Below, one piece after another: positions 48,297 to 59,444 of a DNA stretch of 64,000 nucleotides. The position numbers were made by a program, and so were the translations under genes. The DNA is from Mytilus californianus (Eukaryota). The notes under the pieces are model-generated. The model searched no databases and was not told the DNA's origin. It worked only from the letters and a program-made list of their open reading frames with translations. Position 1 is the first letter of the stretch. Every line of letters starts with the position of its first letter. The stretch lies in assembly GCF_021869535.1 (NCBI RefSeq), contig NW_026262581.1, positions 5,022,001 through 5,086,000 on the forward strand, given 5' to 3'.

Positions 48297-49659
48297 TTTG
48301 TAGACAAATAGTTGACGCTTTAATAAAATGATTTATTATCATTATAATGTTTTAATTATTATTTATTATTATTATTATCATATTGTTTTGTCATCGAGTG
48401 CTAAATGAAATTATACTACGCGGTTTATAGCTATGGCGGTGTCCGTCCGTTCGACTGACCTTTCATTTCTTAATCTGAATGACTTTGAATGACATTGACT
48501 GTCGTATCTTCACACTACAGTATACATTTGTATCTGCATTTCCTCCTAACCCCCTGATAAGAATTTAATTAAACTTTCTCAGAATCTTAACAATATGCCA
48601 TTATTCACTTCTTATTTTTTACTTTGGTCGATTTATTTATGGGGATTCCCTAAGCAACACATGGATTTTGCACGAGGTTGAAGTATCATTTTTGTAAGAA
48701 AAAATTAAAAAACTGAATGTCACGAAGGGCCTCGCTTGCACTGTTTTGTATAATGCACAGAAACAAATAATTAAAACTAATTTTCTTTATAAATTTCTGT
48801 GAAATTTTGTTAAAAACAAACCATGCTTTATTTTGGTGGCCGTTGTAGAAAATTGTGGGGAACTTGGCCAATAATTGTTCATACAAGGCATCATTCAAGG
48901 TTGCATTTCTGTAAATATTGACAATGCAATTTCCCATAGGAACTCCTTTTACGGCTAAAACTGTACCACTTTTACTATGAAGTTTTGAAAAAAATCATAT
49001 CCTAGAATGGAAAGTTCATATGCACTACTATTTTTTTCAAAGGTCAAAATATAGGGCTGTGCGGAATATTTTCAACGTTTATATGCCCCGAACTTCTAAT
49101 AGTTTAAAGTAACACTAAATTTCTTAATTACCCCTACCTTAACAGTAGGATTACCACAATTTCAATATAAACAATATGCATATGTATATTTACTGGTAAC
49201 ATTCCCAAGTTATGTCTCTATGAGATGAAACATAGAGATCATAACTGGGATCCAGTTTGTAAACAAAATTAATTATCTATGAATATTCTATATCTCCCCA
49301 AAAGAGGCGTGGTTTGAGAAACAGCTGTATTTACAAAGTGCAACCTCAAGGAAGTAACATAGATATAATATATATATATATCAGATATACTTCCATGGTT
49401 TATTTTACAATATGTGAGGAGACGTTATCAAGCTTTTGTCAAGAGTAAAACTTTCTTAGGGAGGGGGACAAATAACACGATAAACAGACTTTCTGGTTTT
49501 CTGCGTATAGATATCGTAAAATATCAGTATGTAGAAAACCCGATAATTTGTGAATATCAAAGAGTCTAACTAATATACATTTTAGATTTAACTATAACGT
49601 TTCACATATCTATTAATTCGAAATGTTATACAGTGCCTTTTTATCTTTATTCTGTGCGC

Positions 49660-49703
49660 GCGTCACTGATGAGACTTTTGTAGACGAAACGCACGTCTGG
49701 CTT
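49660..49703 (+). ncRNA. Degenerate minimal type-I hammerhead ribozyme
   Basis: GCGTCA CTGATGA GAC TTTTGTA GAC GAAA CGCAC GTC TGGCTT; core intact but helix II and the helix III palindrome carry mismatches. Confidence 0.7.
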
Positions 49704-49795
49704 ACCAAATTCCAAGCCTGGTATATATGATCAGTTTATAAACAGTGTTGTTGAAGATTGAAGTCACTTTCGATTCAATATCGCAAAAAAAAAAT

Positions 49796-50435
49796 CTAGA
49801 AATTGACAATGAAGATTAGTTGAAAACTAAAACTTTACGACAAAAGAGATGATTTTAGCTTCCTAATTGTGAACTTTTCATTTCTATGTAGCAACATTCC
49901 AACAGCGCCTTTATATGGAGTATATATCTCCCAGTTGATACTATATTCCAGGGCTTGTATTTCCTATCATGATTTCCTTGATGGATGGTTGCTGGTCACA
50001 AGGAAGCTATAAAACCAAGAGTTCCGAGTGGTGAAGTTGAAATCATCCCTTAGTAAATTTTACGGACGCCATCACGAGTTGGTTGACCATTATGGAATAT
50101 CTGTTTCACATATGACGACGGATATGTTCCAATTGTAACTACAATCCCGTCCTCTTTTTCCCCAATGTGACCTACCGAATTAGACTTATCATCGGGTTTG
50201 TACTTACATGAGCAACACGGTGGGTCCCACATGTGGAGCAGGGTCTGCTTACCCTTCCAGTTTACCTGATATCATCCCCGGGTTTTGATGGGGTTCGTAT
50301 TGCTCAGTCTTTAGTTTTCTATGTTGTATTTTGTGTACCGTTGTTTGATCTCGTTCTTTTTTTAGCCATGGCATTGTCCGTTTATTTTCGACTTATGAGT
50401 TTGAATTTCCCTTTGGTATCTTTCGCCTCTCTTTT
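49796..50435 (+). mobile_element. Penelope-like family B (Naiad-type): RT C-terminus + 3' UTR
   Basis: KLYDKRDDFSFLIVNFSFLCSNIPTAPLYGVYISQLILYSRAC...KFYGRHHELVD; internal stop at 50010-50012, ORF end at 50138, no GIY-YIG downstream. Confidence 0.85.
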
Positions 50436-51717
50436 ACACGTTTATTATTATTCTCTAACGGACATAATCCTTTAACAGCATGAATTAATTTGAATGTGAA
50501 AGAATAAACATAGTTTTACTTTTAATTTAAATAGAATTTTAGTTTAGGTTAAGAATGACATATACGTACTAATTTTTGTGTTAATTTCTTAAAAATTGTC
50601 AAATTCTTCCATAAGTGTAGTTTTGAGACGTTTTAGTCATTTTAAATTTATGATACGATACAAGTTCAGGATTGCACAGTAATGTTGTTAGAACTTCAAA
50701 GAACTCATGTGAGGATATTATACTGTAAATGTTGTTAAAGATTGGAAGACTTTTTGAAATAAATCTAGGAGAAATTGACCCTACCCAATTAACACTCGGG
50801 CTGACCTTATAGAGAATTGATACCTTTCTTTATTTGAATATTAATCAATTCAATGCTTTTGAAGATTGTCTCGGTGTGCAATTGCATTAACACACGATGA
50901 TCAAAATTGGATGGTTAGAGTGGCTACATGGCTCGGTCTCTTCTGTCTACATGTATATCCTTCAGAGGGTTGCAAAATCAGTTAATTCTTTCTTTCTTTA
51001 TTTTATTTTGTTTTCGGTATTTTCTGATAACTCTAAAATAATTAGAATTGTTTTAGTTTATACTACATGTACGGAAACGTTTGTTAAAGTTGTCGGACTG
51101 CCAAAGATAAAGCAAAAGTTAGAGAATCTGTTTAGTTGGGATCGATTAAAATGATTAGACATAAAGCTTAACTAAAATAAACAACAGAGTATCTGAATTG
51201 TGTTGTTTATTTATTTGACCTCATTCACTAGTACAGTTTATCTTTTTAAAACGAGATGCAATGTATATACTATTAGTAATATGTTGCAAACGGATTGCAG
51301 ATGTCGAATTCGAAACTGCAAAAGATAATTACAACGTACAGTACCAAGGAGATGGTTGAAAGCACTCAGTCGAAAAAGAAAGGAAAAAAGACAGATGACA
51401 AATAGTTATGGAATAACTACTCCACTCCAAGAATTAAAATTACAATAATCTACAAAAAAAATCAACGAGATACCGAACAACAGTGATAATTCAATCATGG
51501 TGTCACACTTCGGAATATGGTCTGATATTCATTTATGGTTTGAATTTTCCTACGATAATTACATAACTATCAAACAACTCCCTATAACAACCAAACAGTT
51601 TGACTTAACTAATCTTACAATAAGGAATCCCTCTGATGAATTGCTTAACATAATTCTTTTTATATGTCAAAGTCCATAAACTGATAGTTGAAACAATTTA
51701 AAGAAAAAAAGAAAAAT

Positions 51718-52543
51718 AAACTGTTATTACAGAGATATGTCTCGCTTTTTTGTAATTTCAACAATGCAAATGTTGAAATTAAAATAGCAACACTTTAACA
51801 TGTGAGTTTTGCAAATATTCAAAGTCAATGAACCATGACTGAAGGTACATGGCTAAACAATCTCCATGGAAATGAGATGTGCCAATGCTAATACAATTGC
51901 ATACCAAATACCATTGACTTGTCATATGAAGTTCCCTTTAAACAAACCTAATCACAAACTAATACATGATAATTAAGTGAAGGTTTCAAAGTCAATAGAC
52001 TATGACTGAGGGGGCAGGGCCAAATAATCTCCATGGGAATGAGATATGCCAATGCTTATACAACTGCATACCAATTATCATTAACTTACCACTAGTGGTT
52101 CCCCATAAACTGACCTAATCACAAACTAATACATGAAAACTAGGCACAAATTTCAAAGTCAATAGACCATGACTGAGGGGGCGGGGCCAAATAATCTCCA
52201 TGGAAATGAGACATGCCAATGCTTATACAACTGCATATCAATTATCATTAACTTACTACTAGTGGTTCCCCATAAACTGACCTAATCACAAACTAATACA
52301 TGAAAACTAAGCAAGTTTCAAAGTCAATAGACCATAACTGAGGGGACAGGGCCAAATAATCTCCATGGTAATGAGATGTGCCAATACTGATACAACTGCA
52401 TACCAAATATCATTGACTTACCACTAGTGGTTCCCCATAAACTGACCTAATCACAAACTAATTCATTGTTGACGACGCCGTCGCCACCGGAAACAGCATA
52501 CCTATGTATCGCTTTTTGACTCCGTCAAGCGAAACAAAAAAAA
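51718..52543 (+). mobile_element. HINE/Helentron-like element with internal tandem array (4 x ~166 bp)
   Basis: Units start at 51821, 51988, 52155, 52320; the TATGT(C/A)TCGCTTTTT motif occurs at both ends; 3' hairpin then A-run. Confidence 0.75.
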
Positions 52544-53129
52544 GCATGCACCAGTTCAATCAGCCTCAGTAACACATCAGGATTTTTACTGCCGTCCTTG
52601 ATAGGACCATTCCGGATCAAGTTCCTGTGATTCGTGGCTGCAAATGTGTAAAAACGTATTTCAAACACGACAACAATCAGACATTGTTCCAGAAGCGTAA
52701 CGATTATTCTGTTCTCAATCCGACTTGATTTGATTTTTATCTGTCGCATGGCCCAGTGCAAAAAAAAAACCCGACCGATTCTGTCCAGACAACGCTCCTT
52801 ATTTTTATATTAAGAGTGTGTTAGGGTTATTTTTTAATGCATTCGTTTGGGATGAGCTACGAATACAGATGAGGCAAAATCCATGTTTTGCTACGGACGG
52901 TACCAAAAAACACTTGAATACAACATTCTTCACATTCTTCAGGTGTTCAACAAAACGTCAGGATACTGAAGATTACGGCTTGTTTTTGCGCATGCGTGGT
53001 ACTCAAATGTTACTCTTTGTAATGCGAAGAAAAAAAGTATTATAGTGCAAGTATTTAACAAAATAGTGATTAAATTTAACAATATTTTCAAAATTTGGTA
53101 TCTGGGTTTTAAATCAGTGGACAGAGAAC

Positions 53130-55400
53130 ACCTTGTGTAAGGTGTGCTCTGAAGCTGTCAACTGTGGTTGACTGTACTATGGCTATTGGTAGCATGTTCT
53201 ACTGAATGATGGTATGGCAATAAGGCTGTGAATGACTTTATAAAAAATAATTTAATTATAAGTCGTGTTTTAAGATGGCGTTCAGCTAAAGTAGATAGTT
53301 GTAAGTTGTTTGTCATATTTGTAACACTTCTTGTGTTATGGTAGTTATTACATATGTACCTAGCTGCTCGTTTCTCAACCATTTCTATTTTTTGTGTAGC
53401 ATCTTTTGTGTGAGGGGTCCCTTAACTGCAGCTGTATCCTAGTTTAGGTCTGATTATTGTTTGGTATGCTCTGAATTTAATGTCTGTGTTTGATATTTTT
53501 GATTTTTTTTAAGGAATCCTAAAGATTTATTTCCGTTCGATATAATGTTGTCATAATGAAGGTTCAATTTTAAGTTTGATTGTAAAGTAACGCCCAAATA
53601 TTTGGCAGATGTAACAGATTCAAGAATGTGGTTATGTAGAATGTATTCATGCATATGTTATTTTTATTTATTATACTTCACATAAAAATGCAATATTTTG
53701 ATTGGCTTATACGAAGGTGTTAATTTACTTTATTATACTTCACGTTAAAATGCCATATTTTGATTGGCTAATACGAGGGTACTAATTTACTCTATTACCC
53801 TTCATGGAGACGCTTGATCAAGTGTGCGCTTTATTAAATACGGATGGTTGTTATGTACAAGACGTCATAGTTTATTACTTTGAATTTGAAATCTAATCGA
53901 CAGTAATAACAGAACATTCAGTATAATAAATTAAATAACACATATCTGAGAGGGTGATAGAGCAGATAGTTACCCCTCGAAAAGACATTGTCAACCTTCC
54001 AGGCTTCGCCTCAGTTGACAATGTTTTCTCGGGGTAACAATATGCTCTATCACCCTCTCAGCTATGTGTTATTTATATACTATTCTATGGTAAATACTCT
54101 ATTACCCTTCAAGGAGATGCTTGATCAAGTGTGCGCTTTATTAAATACGACTCTACCCTATGGCAAATACTCTATTACCCTTCACGGAAACTCTTGATCA
54201 AGTGTGCGCTTTATTCAGTATAATAAATTAAATAACACATATCTGAGAGGGTGATAGAGCAGATTGTTACCCCTTGAAAAGACATTGTCAACCTTGGCTT
54301 CGCCTCAGTTGACAATGTTTTCCCGGGGTAACAATCTGCTCTATCGCCCTCTCAGCTATGTGTTATTTATATAGTGATATTGTGAGTTTGGTGCATTTGT
54401 CTTACATAGTGGAAAGCCATGAGCCAATATGATTCCCACATTCCTGGTAAGTCTAGATCTTGTTGTAATTTATTGCAGTCTTCTTGAGATATTATTTCTC
54501 TATATATGATACTGTCATCGGCAAAGAGTCTTAATTTGCTATGTGTTAGATATTTCCGAGAAATCATTGATATAAATGAGAAATAATATAGGATCCAGTA
54601 CAGTGCCCTGTGAACTCTGGATGTGACTTGCACTGATGTATAGGAAATACTATTCATTACAACTGTGTGTGTTCTATCGGATAAGAAAGCTTGGATCCAG
54701 TTAAGTGTATTTTTTCTTATACCGTAGTAATTTAGTTTGTAAAATAGTCGTTGGTGTGGAACTTTATCAAACGCTTTAGCAAAGTCCGTAATGATGAGGT
54801 CAGTTTGTATATATGTTACAATTATTAGTAGATGCTAGTTCTTGGATGAAATTAATTAACTGTGATATCAAGATCGTTTAAGATGTCGTTTTCTTTTCTG
54901 AATGTGACATTATGTTACTTGTGATATGTTCCATGATCTTACAGCATATACATGTAATGATATAGGTCTATAATTTACAGGTTTATATTTCCCCCTTTTT
55001 AAATGCTCCTTATACCATTTATATTGTCAGGTCCACATGTTTTATGTGGGTTATGTCATATATAACTTTGTGATTCCTGTTTTGCTAATAGATATTTATG
55101 GCATTTCAAGAGATGTGGGCTAGTAACTTTGTCTGGGATATTTGTATTTGATTAATTAGTGAAAACTGATTGAGTTAGTTTAAAATGGTTGCTTTTTCTT
55201 CTGGTTCAGTGGTTAAAATGCTGCCCTTTTTCAAAAGTGCAATACTTGTACTATCTGTTCTTGAGCTTTTAATATAGATGAATAAGTTTTTTTGGTTTTG
55301 CATTTGATGTCATGTGTTGATCAGCTTGATTTACAGGTACGTATAATTTTTCTATGCAGTTCCAGTACCCTGTTCGTAGATTTTTGTTGTACTTTAAGTT
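53130..55400 (-). mobile_element. Decayed CR1-group LINE RT fragment, split by a ~0.7-kb insertion (about 53655-54372)
   Basis: TDFAKAFDKV, KLRLFADDSIIYREI, then after the insertion YILHNHILESVTSAKYLGVTL, GFLKKN, KRAARYI. Confidence 0.8.
53932..54369. mobile_element. Two tandem copies of a ~144-bp hairpin MITE (53932-54075, 54229-54369)
   Basis: Each is a ~60-bp near-perfect inverted repeat (TAAATAACACATATCTGAGAGGGTGATAGAGCAGA.../...TGCTCTATC(A/G)CCCTCTCAGCTATGTGTTATTTA) with a GGCTTCGCCTC loop and TA flanks. Confidence 0.8.
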
Positions 55401-55682
55401 TTCTGAATTTTTGCGGGATTTGTCTTTCTTTTACAATATGCTTTATTTTTGTTTTTTTTAACTTTTCGTAATTTATTTGTCACCCAAGGTAATCTGTGTT
55501 TATATGTTATCATTTTGTGTGGAACATTTTTTTCGATTGACGTAACAAGTCTACTTTAGATAATAGATAAAGTAGAAGATACACATCATTAGGTACTTAA
55601 AATTTTCTAAAAGTTTAATTGAAATGCACTCACTGTTTTAAAAGGAGATTACGATGCAACGTGTGGACGAAAAAAGACGTAA

Positions 55683-56985
55683 CCATTACTACACACCCAA
55701 TCCTCTATCGGAGTAGAATTAACCGTGTTAAACCAAATTTATAACCCTCAGGACTCCATTACTACACACCCAATCCTCTATCGGAGTAGAATTAAACGTG
55801 TTAAAACCAATTTAAAACCCTCAGACTACACACCCAGTCCTATATCGGAGTAGAATTAACCGTGTTTAAACGAATGTATCACCCTCATGACTCAATTACA
55901 ACGCACCTAATTCTCTATCGGAGTAAAATTAACCCGTGTTAAAACCAATGTATAACTAGTACCCTCAGGACTCCCATTATTACAAACCCAATCCTCTATT
56001 GGAATAGAATTTACCGTGTTAAACCCAATGTATAACCATCAGGACTCCATTATTACACACCCAATCTTCTATCGGAGTAGAATTAACCAGCGTGTTAAAC
56101 CCAGTATATAACCCTCAGGACTCCATTATTACACACCCAATCCTCTATCGGAGTAGAATTAACCGTGTTAAACCAAATTTATAACCCTCAGGACTCCATT
56201 ACTACACACCCAATCCTCTATCGGAGTAGAATTAACCGTGTAAAACCAAATTTATAACCCTCAGGACTCCATTACTACACACCCAATCCTCTATCGGAGT
56301 AGAATTAACCGTGTTAAACCAAATTTATAACCCTCAGGACTCCATTACTACACACCCAATCCTCTATCGGAGTAGAATTAAACGTGTTAAAACCAATTTA
56401 AAACCCTCAGACTACACACCCAGTCCTATATCGGAGTAGAATTAACCGTGTTTAAACGAATGTATCACCCTCATGACTCAATTACAACGCACCTAATTCT
56501 CTATCGGAGTAAAATTAACCCGTGTTAAAACCAATGTATAACTAGTACCCTCAGGACTCCCATTATTACAAACCCAATCCTCTATTGGAATAGAATTTAC
56601 CGTGTTAAACCCAATGTATAACCATCAGGACTCCATTATTACACACCCAATCTTCTATCGGAGTAGAATTAACCAGCGTGTTAAACCCAGTATATAACCC
56701 TCAGGACTCCATTATTACACACCCAATCCTCTATCGGAGTAGAATTAACCGTGTTAAACCAAATTTATAACCCTCAGGACTCCATTACTACACACCCAAT
56801 CCTCTATCGGAGTAGAATTAACCGTGTAAAACCAAATTTATAACCCTCAGGACTCCATTACTACACACCCAATCCTCTATCGGAGTAGAATTAACCGTGT
56901 TAAACCAAATTTATAACCCTCAGGACTCCATTACTACACACCCAATCCTCTATCGGAGTAGAATTAAACGTGTTAAACCAAATTT
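55683..56985. repeat. 73-bp satellite (~18 monomers) with a 586-bp (8-mer) higher-order repeat
   Basis: Monomer ATAACCCTCAGGACTCCATTACTACACACCCAATCCTCTATCGGAGTAGAATTAACCGTGTTAAACCAAATTT; the diagnostic variant ATTAAACGTG recurs at 55791, 56377 and 56963. Confidence 0.95.
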
Positions 56986-57919
56986 AGAATATAGCAAAGT
57001 ACTCTCGACCAATGAAATTGTAGGATTGGATGCCTCTTAATTGTGAAGAATGAATGTAAATCATGTTCTTAGTAAGGGATTATCCTATTATTTGGGTCTA
57101 TTTACAGTTCAAAACAAAGAGTTTCTATAAATGAGTTACAACTGCCCTGAAGCACATTTATTAGATTGAAAGGATTTATCACAGAGTGATTGAAACTGAC
57201 TAAAAGTTGAATTGTGAAACAAACAAAAATCTCAAAATAAGTTGAAGTTCACTGGTGCAGTAAAATTGGGACCGTGAATGTTATTATGAAAATATTAATA
57301 ACTTCAAATTACTATAAAATTAAACAATACCAAAGCAATGCAAAAAATAAAGGAAAAAAATCTTTCAGATAAAAAATAACCTAAATCTTTAGCTTTCCAA
57401 AACTTTGATTACTTGATCAGCGGTTGGGGAGAATAGTTATTTCCAATACATGTATTCCGATAAAAAAAACAGGAATTTAGTTTTGAACATATTAAAAACT
57501 TTTAAGGGCATTATTTTTGAACATTTCCCTGACATAATGAAACAGTATTTGATGTAAAAAGCCGGACCAAATTATTGGCTGTGAAATAAAATTTAGTTGT
57601 AACTCAAATGTATTAATTGATTTAAACCGTAAATAAAAAAAGGATAATTCCTCACTAAAATATTACATGATTTGCATTCATACTCACAATCAGGAAACAT
57701 ACAATTCCTACCTTTTCTTTCTACTGTTATGTCACCTAATATCTATAACGCATTTTTTTTAAAAATATTTCCCAAATGATAAGAAAGTCCTCACATCACT
57801 TAAACTAATCCATAAATGGCATGCCGAAAAAGGAAGTCATGCATTAATTATAAACATTGCACTGACAATGAAACTAATTGATTGATCATTTGAGCCTTGA
57901 GCACTTTACATTCTAAGTT

Positions 57920-58008
57920 TGTAAGAGAATGATAATCCCTGACTTCATGATAGGTACTCGCTAACGCTCGTACTTATTCATGAAGAAAGGGATTATCATT
58001 CTCTTACA
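57920..58008. mobile_element. Hairpin MITE
   Basis: TGTAAGAGAATGATAATCCCT / AGGGATTATCATTCTCTTACA perfect 21-bp inverted repeat plus a paired interior. Confidence 0.7.
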
Positions 58009-58014
58009 TATACT

Positions 58015-58105
58015 TATAATCCCCAGGACTCCATTACTACACACCCAATCCTCTATTTGAGTAAAATTAACCGTGTTAAAACCAATGTATAACCCTCAGG
58101 ACTCC
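58015..58105. repeat. Orphan monomer of the 73-bp satellite
   Basis: CCCCAGGACTCCATTACTACACACCCAATCCTCTAT...ACCCTCAGGACTCC. Confidence 0.85.
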
Positions 58106-59277
58106 GAAGAACAAAAACACAAAAAAAAATACAAAAACTTCATAGAGTTATCCTCGTCTCATGGGTTTTTGTGCTATTAAGAATGCATTGTGACGTCACA
58201 ATTTCCATTGAAAACGCATGCATAGTACGAATTCATATGACGTACGAAAACATATGATCTGACCATAATGTTAACGAACTGGTCAAAACTAATTCGACAA
58301 CAGTTAATTAACAAAGTTCTCGCTGTGAGAAAATAAAAGCGAACTACGAATGTATAAAGGGTTTTCAATATTAAATCATTCCTGACTTCCAGAGTTTTAC
58401 TCTAAAAGTGCATAGAAAACCAAACTTCGGAGAAATAAATTAGAAAATTCGAAGTTGTTTTGCGCAAGGAACTTAGATTACAAGTATACATTAAAACATT
58501 ATAGACCAACCGTCAGAAACGTTATTTTGAATTCAATAACTCATGCGAGACATTGAACTTGGTAAAGTCATGTATCCACGGAACATTGACACTTCATAGA
58601 CGCTTCAATGCAGCGAACCAACGATTATTTTCATATAAAAATCTTGCGAAAAATAAATATGCGCAAATCATGTAGCTTTCAACATAACATGCGATTATTC
58701 TTAGTACAGTTTTTGAAAACAGCCGCAAGTGCAGTACTTAGTACCGCACTATATATATATATATATAAGATATATGAGAAAAGTCAAATTCGATAGCTGC
58801 CTCGCAGCTGTCAAAAAAACAATATCAAAATAATAGGATGTGGTATGATTGCCAATGAGACAATCAAAGACCAAATGACGTAGAAATTAACAACTATAGG
58901 TCACCGTACCGGTTTTAAAAATAAAATGTAGTAATTCTTTAATATTCAAAATATACAACAAAAAGAAAGTAGCAACTCAAGTTTTAAAGTTGAATAAATA
59001 AATGATAAGTAATTAGTTCTGTGGTGGCCTCATGTGCAACAGAATACACGAAGAGGACTAAGTAAGTTGGTTCTCGTTCTATCCAAGGGTACCGATACTA
59101 AATAGCGAATACTGTTCATTTTTACCAAGAAAGTAAAATAGTCGAATTATTAGATAGCTATAGCGCAGCTTCCGGTTGTCTAAATTAAGATATAGTCTTC
59201 TTATATCTAAAAAATATTCAACAAAAAGAACGTAACAACTAAAATTATAAAGTGGAATAAATGAATGATAAATATAT

Positions 59278-59444
59278 TTAGTTCTTGTTTTCTCCAGGGA
59301 GAATGCAACATGAAATTCCTAAAGCCGGATATGCCATCGGCTCGCATTCTACCAAGGTCAGACTATCTACATCCAAACACTCCACATCCGCCAAAACGCT
59401 TCCTTCCTGGGAACTTACGCCGCCAATAATGTAGATTTTCGAGC
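59278..59444 (-). CDS. Kelch terminal exon (SKIYIIGG...LPGENKN*)
   Basis: TTTTAAAG acceptor, 167 nt, stop TAA. Confidence 0.9.

Noticed and set aside
52576-52725. Frame ending VPVIRGCKCVK, reminiscent of a cystine-knot C-terminus
   Set aside because: Weak acceptor, no upstream exons with the remaining cysteines.
55683-56985. CRISPR-like regular array
   Set aside because: No unique spacers and no cas genes; eukaryotic context; the whole monomer repeats.
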